Shown here: positions 28,653 through 35,671 of the stretch, in pieces
How positions within the stretch are numbered: the first letter of the stretch is position 1
How the letters are laid out: each line of letters opens with the position of its first letter
Source: Dehalococcoidales bacterium
Lineage (GTDB): Bacteria; Chloroflexota; Dehalococcoidia; Dehalococcoidales; RBG-16-60-22
Direction: 5' to 3'
Length of the DNA: 64,000 nucleotides
Assembly (NCBI GenBank): GCA_050014095.1
Contig: JBEKDZ010000001.1
Coordinates: 142,560 to 206,559, forward strand
Made by a program: the position numbers and the translations under genes
Notes under the pieces: generated by a model
Told to the model about the DNA's origin: nothing
Databases searched by the model: none
The model's input: only the letters and a program-made list of their open reading frames with translations

Positions 28653-29264
28653 TTGCCGTATACGATACGCCCTATGATAAAAGAGGATATCGACCAGGTA
28701 AACGAAATCGACCATGAAGCCTTTCCATCTCAATGGCCGCCAGCCAACTATCGGCAGGAGCTGCAAAACAAAATAGCTCATTATCTCGTCGCCTGTGACG
28801 ACACAAAAACAATAGATGCTCCGACGGCTACAGCTCCAAGAAAATTCAGTTTTCTTTCCTGGCTACTGCCGCAGCACAAGCGCCGACTTTCTCCAGAGAT
28901 TCCTCATCAATATATTGTCGGCTTTTCCGGAATTTGGATGATGGCTGGTGAAGCCCATGTGACCAATCTCGCGGTACGCCGTTCGTACCAGGGCAAAGGA
29001 CTCGGTGAGCTGCTGCTTATAGCCACCATCGACCTATCCAGTGAGCTTAAAGCCAGCTTTATGACGCTGGAGGTGCGAGCTTCGAATCTTGTGGCGCAGA
29101 GCCTCTACAGCAAATATGGCTTCGTGCAGATGGGCATACGCCGCGGCTACTATCTAGATAACCATGAAGACGCCATCATCATGTCCACCGATACGCTAAA
29201 CTCTCCGTCATTCAAGGAGCATATCCGCCAGCTAAGAGAAGACTTGAAGAAAAAACTCGCCTAA
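28653..29264 (+). CDS. rimI: ribosomal-protein-alanine N-acetyltransferase-like GNAT (RimI family) with a ~40-aa insertion
   Basis: IDHEAFPSQWP, LAVRRSYQGKGLGELLL and YSKYGF. There is an extra segment (DDTKTIDAPTATAPRKFSFLSWLLPQHKRR) between the N-terminal and core motifs. Confidence 0.7.
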   Translation: MPYTIRPMIKEDIDQVNEIDHEAFPSQWPPANYRQELQNKIAHYLVACDDTKTIDAPTATAPRKFSFLSWLLPQHKRRLSPEIPHQYIVGFSGIWMMAGEAHVTNLAVRRSYQGKGLGELLLIATIDLSSELKASFMTLEVRASNLVAQSLYSKYGFVQMGIRRGYYLDNHEDAIIMSTDTLNSPSFKEHIRQLREDLKKKLA

Positions 29265-29346
29265 TTATTTGCCCCTTTGCCCCCTGGCCATTTTATGCTA
29301 GAATTATCATCTAGGGGGACTTGAGGAACCAAGGAGGAACACGACG

Positions 29347-30102
29347 ATGTCTGGTCATTCTAAATGGTCTAAGATAAAGCACCAAAAAGGCGTTGACGAC
29401 GTTAAGAGGGGCAACCTCTTTACCAAACTAACAAGAGAAATCATCATCGCCGCCAAAGAAGGCGGCGGCAGCCCGGACACAAATTTCCGCCTGCGTCTGG
29501 CGGTCCAGAAAGCGCGCGATAGTAATATGCCCATGGAAAATATCGACCGGGCTATTATGAAAGGTACCGGCGGCGCTGAAAGCGGCAGCTTTGTAGAGAT
29601 GACACTGGAAGGCTACGGCCCCAACGGTATAGCCATTATGGTCAGCGCCATGACCGATAACCGCAACCGCACCGTACAGGAAGTGCGGAGTTCCTTTACC
29701 AAGCACGGCGGAGCCCTCGGCGAGAACGGCTGCGTGTCCTGGATGTTCAAGTCCCGCGGCGTTATTACCATCAATGTAGAAAAAGATAAAGAAGAAGAGT
29801 TGGAGTTAACCGCCATCGACGCCGGCGCAGAGGACGTGCAAACCCAAGGCGGCGTTATGGAAGTATATACCAAGCCGGATACCCTGGAAAAAGTCCGGGC
29901 CGCACTAGAAGCAGCGAAGATTAAGGTAGAATCCAGTGAGCTGCAAATGGTTCCCGAGACTATGGTCACCCTCGATGAAAAAGGCGCCACGCAGGCCTTA
30001 AAACTCCTCGATAGGCTGGAAGAACTCGACGACGTACAGAACGTCTACAGTAACGTGGATATACCGGATTCCGTCATGGCCGCCATCCAGGCCGCCTCAT
30101 AG
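29347..30102 (+). CDS. yebC: YebC/PmpR family DNA-binding transcriptional regulator
   Basis: MSGHSKWSKIKHQKG start and a length of about 250 aa. It sits directly upstream of ruvC-ruvA. Confidence 0.95.
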   Translation: MSGHSKWSKIKHQKGVDDVKRGNLFTKLTREIIIAAKEGGGSPDTNFRLRLAVQKARDSNMPMENIDRAIMKGTGGAESGSFVEMTLEGYGPNGIAIMVSAMTDNRNRTVQEVRSSFTKHGGALGENGCVSWMFKSRGVITINVEKDKEEELELTAIDAGAEDVQTQGGVMEVYTKPDTLEKVRAALEAAKIKVESSELQMVPETMVTLDEKGATQALKLLDRLEELDDVQNVYSNVDIPDSVMAAIQAAS

Positions 30103-30117
30103 TTTTAAGAACATGAA

Positions 30118-30624
30118 ATGAAAATATTAGGCATCGACCCGGGCACGGTGGTGATGGGTTGGGGCGTTATCGAGGGCGAAGATAATGACCTTGCCCTGGT
30201 CGATTTCGGTGCGATAACCGTCCCCGAAAAATCCCCCATGGGCGAAAGACTGAATCGCCTTTACCAAGAACTCCTCAAAGTAGTCCAGCGCTACAAGCCC
30301 GATGCTGTTGCCGTGGAGCAGCCTTTCGTCGCTAAGAATGTTAGAACAGCGCTGGCTATCGGCCGTGCGCAGGCCATCGCCCTCCTCGCCGCAGCTAATC
30401 AGGAAATTCCCGCCTTTGAATACACCCCCGCGCAGGTCAAGCAGCGGGTCGCCAACTACGGCGCCGGCAGCAAGGAGCAGATTCAGGAGATGGTGCGCCT
30501 CCAGCTCGGCCTGGCGGAAGTGCCCCAGCCCAACGATGCCGCCGATGCTCTGGCGGTCGCCATCTGCCACGCACAGGAGATACATATAAATAGCCTACTG
30601 ACAAGACAGGGAGGCCCGCAATGA
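30118..30624 (+). CDS. ruvC: crossover junction endodeoxyribonuclease RuvC
   Basis: ILGIDPG, VAVEQPF and the C-terminal DAADALAVAICH catalytic Asp. Confidence 0.95.
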   Translation: MKILGIDPGTVVMGWGVIEGEDNDLALVDFGAITVPEKSPMGERLNRLYQELLKVVQRYKPDAVAVEQPFVAKNVRTALAIGRAQAIALLAAANQEIPAFEYTPAQVKQRVANYGAGSKEQIQEMVRLQLGLAEVPQPNDAADALAVAICHAQEIHINSLLTRQGGPQ

Positions 30625-31205
30625 TGGCCAGTTTGAGCGGCAAGATAGAGAGTTTAAGCAGCGACGCGGCGATTATCGACGTGGGGGGTGTGGGCTTTAG
30701 GGTCTATATGCCCACCTCCTCCCTGTCCACCATCGGCAGGCCGGGCGATACGGTGAAGGTCTATACCCACATGCATGTACGGGAGGACAACATCGCCCTG
30801 TACGGCTTCCCTTCCGCCGAGGAGCTCTGGCTCTTCGAGACGTTGCTGGGCGTGACGGGACTGGGACCCAAGCTGTCGCTCGCCATGCTCTCCGCCTTAA
30901 CCCCCGACCAGATAACCATGGCTATCGCCACCGGCAGCGTGGACATGCTGGACATGATACCCGGCATCGGCAAGAAGGTGGCGAACCGTATTATCCTGGA
31001 GCTTAAGGAAAAGATAGGCGCGGGGTGGGTCATCACACCAGCTACACAGGCGACCCAGGAAAACGCGGACGTGCTGGCGGCGCTGACCACTTTAGGCTAC
31101 TCCGCTGGTGAGGCTGTGAAAGCGGTAGCCGCTTTACCCACCGACCCGAAGCTCAAGCTGGAGGAGAAGGTCAAGCTGGCTTTGCAGTACCTGGGGAGTA
31201 AGTGA
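30621..31205 (+). CDS. ruvA: Holliday junction branch migration protein RuvA
   Basis: OB domain (VGGVGFRVYMP), HhH pairs (GVTGLGPKLSLAML, IPGIGKKVANRI), and a C-terminal domain III. Confidence 0.95.
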   Translation: MMASLSGKIESLSSDAAIIDVGGVGFRVYMPTSSLSTIGRPGDTVKVYTHMHVREDNIALYGFPSAEELWLFETLLGVTGLGPKLSLAMLSALTPDQITMAIATGSVDMLDMIPGIGKKVANRIILELKEKIGAGWVITPATQATQENADVLAALTTLGYSAGEAVKAVAALPTDPKLKLEEKVKLALQYLGSK

Positions 31206-31210
31206 GAGAG

Positions 31211-31291
31211 TTTACAGTTTTCAGTTAACAGTTTACAGTAGGGGCAGGTTACCAACCTGCCCGCGTCATTCCCGCGAAAGCGGGAATCCAG
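31211..31291. repeat. TTNACAG heptamer run + two hairpin repeats
   Basis: tttacag ttttcag ttaacag tttacag (31211-31238), then gggcaggtt-acc-aacctgccc (31242-31262), then gtcattcccgcgaaagcgggaatccag (31265-31291). Confidence 0.8.
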
Positions 31292-31303
31292 GGGAGGGGA
31301 AAA

Positions 31304-31750
31304 ATGAAAGCATCGGAAGGGAAAATCGGGCGGGTATTTGTCTTAAGACTTGAAGACGGCGACATGGTGCCGGCTTGTATCGAGGAATTTGCAGCAAAAA
31401 AAGCCATAAAAGTGGGCCACGTTATCCTAATCGGGGGGATTGGGGGCGGACAGGTGGTCGTGGGACCGCGGGACTCTCAAGAAATGCCGCCCGACCCCGT
31501 TCTGCTCACCGTCGACGGCGCGCACGAGGTGGAGGGTTTAGGCATTATCGCGCCGGATAAGGACGGCAAGCCTGTTTTGCATATCCACGCTTCTCTGGGG
31601 AGAGGTGGGAGGACTTTAACCGGCTGCCTGCGCCCGGGCGTTAAAACCTGGCTGGTGGGCGAGGCGCTTATTTACGAGATACTGGGGGCCAACGTAAAAA
31701 GGCTGCCGGATAAACGGAGCGGGTTTAACCTGATGGAGATGTTGAAATAA
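31304..31750 (+). CDS. PPC (DUF296) domain DNA-binding protein
   Basis: GRVFVLRLEDGDMV, GGIGGGQVVVG and LHIHASLG fit my recollection of the DUF296/PPC fold. Confidence 0.7.
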   Translation: MKASEGKIGRVFVLRLEDGDMVPACIEEFAAKKAIKVGHVILIGGIGGGQVVVGPRDSQEMPPDPVLLTVDGAHEVEGLGIIAPDKDGKPVLHIHASLGRGGRTLTGCLRPGVKTWLVGEALIYEILGANVKRLPDKRSGFNLMEMLK

Positions 31751-31993
31751 TTATTTTGGTAACGTGGAGATAGCAGTTTGTAACAATTGTAATAATTCAG
31801 GCCACAATGCTGCTAATACCATACCTACAATTACTGCCTCTATCCTTTTAGTAACAAAGGTTAATCCTGCACTGCCAAAAAGAAATATTAAAGGAATTCC
31901 TGTATAAATAATCCATTCTATTTGAGTGACTGCTCCCCAGATTAGTCCGATGATAGTAAGGATAGATCCGACAACTAAAAAAATTCCTTTCAT
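31751..31993 (-). CDS. small membrane protein (80 aa, 3 hydrophobic segments)
   Basis: AT-rich with RBS gtgaggtag upstream. Its stop abuts the DUF296 stop with no spacer. Confidence 0.5.
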   Translation of the reverse strand: MKGIFLVVGSILTIIGLIWGAVTQIEWIIYTGIPLIFLFGSAGLTFVTKRIEAVIVGMVLAALWPELLQLLQTAISTLPK

Positions 31994-32077
31994 TTTTCTA
32001 CCTCACTTGTTCGTCGTTTTTAAGCGGAGGGTAGGTAGCATCCCCTCCGCTTAATATGACTACATTATGTATGTTAC

Positions 32078-32329
32078 TTAACGATTGCCATAGGTTTGCG
32101 TTAATTCATGACAAGGAATGCATAACGCTTCACAATTTGATAAAGTATCCGGGCCACCAGCAAGCACAGATACAATATGATGTGCATGCCATTGACCGTT
32201 CCGGTTGAAAGTACTAGGACACCTTCCACCATGATGAGGTGCGTTCAATCCATCGTGTTGCCTATGACACTCACAACGTCCGCCTGATCTACTAAAAGCC
32301 TGGTCCTTTACTGCCTCTGAAAATGCCAT
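32078..32329 (-). CDS. minimal stand-alone HNH endonuclease (83 aa)
   Basis: GGRCECH...WHAHHIVSVLAGGPDTLSNCEALCIPCH is a complete HNH/zinc-finger core. Confidence 0.8.
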   Translation of the reverse strand: MAFSEAVKDQAFSRSGGRCECHRQHDGLNAPHHGGRCPSTFNRNGQWHAHHIVSVLAGGPDTLSNCEALCIPCHELTQTYGNR

Positions 32330-32493
32330 ATATCACTCACTTTCTCAAATACTCGTCTACGGGAGGTAATCGATAACCTACTTGACTCTTTGGGCAACCC
32401 CGTGATACAATTCCCCTGTTTCTACTTAGTCCCCATAGGACGGCATATGAAACCTCTTGGCTACCGCTAGGGGGTTTCATGCTTTATATAACT

Positions 32494-32521
32494 AAAAAAA
32501 CCTCCAATTTCGGAGGCTTTT
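32494..32521 (-). terminator. bidirectional-looking terminator hairpin
   Basis: An A7 run, cctcc-aatttc-ggagg, then cTTTT. On the minus strand the stem is followed by T7. Confidence 0.4.
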
Positions 32522-32679
32522 GAGGTTACATTACCGATAAAAGGTAGCAACAACTAACCTACAAAAGCCTTCTCCTTTCTTTTGTTGTTTCGCAAACGCA
32601 ACATATACGCTTGTTTCACTTTTATTAAACACCCAATCCCGAGAAAATGTCAATAGTTATTGAAACTTTTTTTCCTTAA

Positions 32680-33100
32680 TTCTTCTTTATCCTCCCCCTT
32701 CCTTTGGTAAAGGAAGGGGTTAAGGGGGTGGGGGTTAAAAACTCCCTCATTCCCTCTTTACGAAAGAGGGACAAGCGATCCTCTCCCTTTCGTAAAGGGA
32801 GATAAAGAGGGTTTTTAAATATCAAACAGGCAGTGAGATTGCTACGTCACTTCGTTCCTCGCAATGACAATGAAGAAAATCTCGCTTAATCCCTTCAGGG
32901 TGAACCCTCCTTTATAAGGAGGTAGACGGGTAAAGGGGCGGGGGTGGCAAAATCCTTCTCCATCTCCCTTTTCGAAAGGGAGACGATGTCACTTTACTTC
33001 TTCAATCATCATCTTAAACCTCACGTTTGTCCCCCTTTGAAAAAGGGGGAATAAGGAGGATTTTTGAGTGCTGGATTCCCGATCAAGCCGGGAATGACGG
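32680..33100. repeat. dense array of about 10 hairpin repeats from all families
   Basis: Units include ccccttcctttggtaaaggaagggg, ccctctttacgaaagaggg, tctccctttcgtaaagggaga, gagattgc...gcaatgac and ccttcagggtgaacc. Also cctcctttataaggagg, tctcccttttcgaaagggaga, tccccctttgaaaaaggggga and ctggattcccgatcaagccgggaatgacgg. Confidence 0.8.
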
Positions 33101-33128
33101 AGAGCGGAAAGAAGTGGGCTTATCCCAC

Positions 33129-33157
33129 TTGACATTTTATCCCACATATTATAATAT
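33129..33157 (+). promoter_or_regulatory. candidate promoter of the toxin-antitoxin pair
   Basis: TTGACA (33129-33134) followed by tataatat (33150-33157). AT-rich palindromes downstream could serve as an operator. Confidence 0.4.
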
Positions 33158-33222
33158 AACTAATATGATATTGTATTTTTTAATATATAAAAAATATATA
33201 TAAGGTATAGTTAGGTAAATAT

Positions 33223-33504
33223 ATGGCAATAGCAATAAAATTTAAAGATTTCGTCAGGATTTCAAAGGGAGTTAAGCCGGACAATAAAAAGCGAGTGGTC
33301 TTGCCTAAGCAAGTAGTGGGGGAAGACATCACATTTAATATATACCACAACAGCCTGGGACAGATACTCTTAGACCCGCAAATAACCATTCCGGCGTCCG
33401 AGGCATGGCTCTTTAAAAATCCCAAGTCTTTAAATTTAGTCCGGCAGGGTCTGGCTGATGCCGCCAACGGCAAGCTATCAAAAGTCGACCTTAAGTCTTT
33501 ATAA
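33223..33504 (+). CDS. AbrB/SpoVT-like antitoxin candidate
   Basis: KRVVLPKQVV resembles the looped-hinge-helix motif. The ORF is 93 aa and lies 12 nt upstream of a toxin-like ORF. Confidence 0.55.
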   Translation: MAIAIKFKDFVRISKGVKPDNKKRVVLPKQVVGEDITFNIYHNSLGQILLDPQITIPASEAWLFKNPKSLNLVRQGLADAANGKLSKVDLKSL

Positions 33505-33515
33505 GGTTAAGCGTT

Positions 33516-33809
33516 TTGTTTAAGCTTATTTGGGTGGATAAAGCCAGGGAAACGTATAACTCACTTAAAGCTAATCCATCAGATAAAGCGCGCTATAATG
33601 CCATTAAGAAAACCCTTTTATACCTCGCTCAAAATCCCCGCCACAATAGCCTCCAGACTCATCCTTTTTCAAGTTTACAGGGACCTAACGGCGAAAGAGT
33701 GTTCGAGGCATATGCCCAACAGAAAACACCTGCAGCCTATAGAGTGTTCTGGTATTATGGTTCAACCAGAGGCACAATCGTGATATTGGCCATTACTCCT
33801 CACCCGTAA
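33516..33809 (+). CDS. RelE/ParE-superfamily toxin candidate
   Basis: 97 aa with a C-terminal AAYRVFWYYGSTRGTIVILAITPHP, typical of RelE/ParE-type toxins. TTG start. Confidence 0.55.
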   Translation: MFKLIWVDKARETYNSLKANPSDKARYNAIKKTLLYLAQNPRHNSLQTHPFSSLQGPNGERVFEAYAQQKTPAAYRVFWYYGSTRGTIVILAITPHP

Positions 33810-33928
33810 TAACCCTTCCATCTTTTACTTTTGATTTGTGGTTTTGAGATTTAAAATTGTGACTTTTATTACAGAATATTGTGCTACAATACTATAAACT
33901 AAAACCATTAAATATAGCGAGGTGAAAT

Positions 33929-34138
33929 ATGCAAATCAGCGCGCGCAACGTCCTCAAAGGCAAGGTAAAAAAGGTCACGCCGGGAGCCGTCAACTCGGAA
34001 ATTATCCTTGAAGTAGCCGGCGGCGTGGAAATGGTCTCTATCATCACCAAGTCCTCCGCGGAACGGCTGGGACTCAAACCCGGCAAAGAAGTCTACGCCA
34101 TCGTCAAAGCTTCCAACGTCATGATAGGTATTGATTAG
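33929..34138 (+). CDS. molybdopterin-binding (Mop/TOBE) domain protein
   Basis: MQISARNVLKGKVKKV...SEIILEV...AIVKASNVMIG is the canonical 69-aa Mop fold. Confidence 0.85.
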   Translation: MQISARNVLKGKVKKVTPGAVNSEIILEVAGGVEMVSIITKSSAERLGLKPGKEVYAIVKASNVMIGID

Positions 34139-34144
34139 TAAAAT

Positions 34145-34260
34145 CTCCCTTAATCCCTCCTTACGAAGGAGGGACAAACAATCGTCTCCCCTTCGTAAGG
34201 GGAGAGAAGAGAGGGATTTTAGAGTGCGAATTTCCTTTCCCCTTGGCAATGACATCAGGC
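34145..34260. repeat. hairpin-repeat cluster
   Basis: ccctccttacgaaggaggg (34155-34173), tctccccttcgtaaggggaga (34185-34205), and a ttggcaatgac fragment. Confidence 0.75.
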
Positions 34261-34394
34261 CTGTACACCTCGATACACCTTGATACACCTTGGTATGGGA
34301 AAAAACCCTCACCCAAATAAATGTTATCCCCGTTGTCCATTCCGCCTCCCCGTCGGTATACTTTAAGTAGAAAACACTTGCACCGGGGGGCTAG

Positions 34395-34643
34395 ATGCCA
34401 GCTAACACTTATTTTCTATTTGCCATCTTCTTGCTGTTCTGTCTCTGGGCAGTTATCGCCTTCAGCGTGCACATCCTCAAGCCCCTCCAGACGCGCTGGG
34501 CAGTTAATCAAGCCCGCAGGATGGTTGCCGACGGTAAAGTAAAACACGACTGGCAGTTCCGCAACGTCTATCGCATGCTGGCGACCTCTAAAGACGACCT
34601 CGAAGCTGCCAAGCTCTGGCAGATGCTGGATAGAATGAAATAA
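34395..34643 (+). CDS. small membrane-anchored hypothetical protein
   Basis: An N-terminal TM helix (YFLFAIFLLFCLWAVIAFSV) followed by a charged helix. Confidence 0.45.
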   Translation: MPANTYFLFAIFLLFCLWAVIAFSVHILKPLQTRWAVNQARRMVADGKVKHDWQFRNVYRMLATSKDDLEAAKLWQMLDRMK

Positions 34644-34818
34644 TCGACTTAATCATTGTCTCCTTAGCCAAGGGGGCCGGCGCAGACTCCGGGACCTAAT
34701 ACTAAAAAAAGAGGTATTCCCGGCAAGGCGCCGACCCCCTGTTTTATCCTGAGCGCCAGCCGAAGGATTATTTCCATTGCTTCCTTTATGGTATATACTT
34801 AAATAAGAGGTGCATTCG

Positions 34819-34941
34819 ATGACATTGGTATATATCATTATCGGAGGGGTAGTGGGGGGAGGTTTGGGCTGGCTTTTCGACCGGGTGACCAGACGCGAGC
34901 AGCCGGAGGCAGCTGCTATCGATTCTCAACCCCGCACTTGA
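34819..34941 (+). CDS. small TM peptide (40 aa), ORF continues in frame past TGA to 35031
   Basis: RBS aagaggtg lies 7 nt upstream. A Gly-rich TM segment (VYIIIGGVVGGGLGWLF) is present. A second TM-like segment follows the in-frame TGA. Confidence 0.35.
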   Translation: MTLVYIIIGGVVGGGLGWLFDRVTRREQPEAAAIDSQPRT

Positions 34942-35120
34942 GGGAGACCAAACACCTGTCCCTGGTCAGGGACGCTCTACGGCATTTTCCTGGGGGTAAT
35001 CGGATCTGCCTTGATTATTACCAACATTTAACCTTTCTTCTGCACCCGCAGATATTGTATCCTTTGAGTCGAAAGATTATACTTTTTAAGAACTAATATT
35101 TCCCCTTGCGGAGGCAGCCG

Positions 35121-35594
35121 ATGGCAGAAAGAAATAAACCGATAACCAAAGGCGAAGCGGCGCCGGACTTTACTCTTAAAGACCAAGAAGGCAAAAATTT
35201 TAAACTCTCCGACCAGACCGGTAAAAAGGTCCTCCTTTCCTTCCATCCTTTAGCGTGGACGGGTGTCTGCACCGCGCAGATGAAGTCGCTGGAAGCAAAC
35301 TACGAGGCAATAAAAGCGCTAAATACCGTGCCCGTAGGCTTGAGTGTAGACGCGGTGCCGACCAAAAAGGCATGGTCCGATAACATGGGGCTAAAACAAT
35401 TAAGAATTCTATCTGATTTCTGGCCGCACGGAGGGGTGGCTAAAGCTTACGGGCTTTTCCGCGAGCACGGCGGCACTTCCGAGAGAGCCAACGTCATCGT
35501 TGATGAGAAGGGTAAGGTGGCCTGGGTCAAGGTCTATGAAATCAGCCAGCTTCCACCCATCGTTGAAGTGATAGACACGTTGAAAAAGCTTTAG
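35121..35594 (+). CDS. peroxiredoxin (AhpC/TSA, Bcp-like)
   Basis: APDFTL, FHPLAWTGVCT (peroxidatic Cys) and VDAVPTKKAW. ATG 35121 has a ggagg RBS. Confidence 0.9.
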   Translation: MAERNKPITKGEAAPDFTLKDQEGKNFKLSDQTGKKVLLSFHPLAWTGVCTAQMKSLEANYEAIKALNTVPVGLSVDAVPTKKAWSDNMGLKQLRILSDFWPHGGVAKAYGLFREHGGTSERANVIVDEKGKVAWVKVYEISQLPPIVEVIDTLKKL

Positions 35595-35671
35595 CTACAA
35601 GATAGCATTATTTTTTATCCGGGGTGGGGTAATAGCGGCGGGGATTAGAACTTCTGTGCTATAATATAACT

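Noticed and set aside
32330-32500. The leader of the mini-HNH gene as a HEARO/omega-type RNA or a known riboswitch.
   Set aside because: HEARO/omega RNAs accompany IscB/IsrB-size proteins (several hundred aa with RuvC segments), whereas this ORF is an 83-aa bare HNH. I could not match any riboswitch consensus from memory. It is kept only as a generic structured-leader candidate.
33908-34312. 134-aa minus-strand ORF.
   Set aside because: It is antisense to the canonical Mop/TOBE gene and then runs through hairpin repeats. It has no SD.
35028-35246. 72-aa minus-strand ORF.
   Set aside because: It overlaps the peroxiredoxin start region in antisense and the tail of the small TM ORF. It has no SD or motif.
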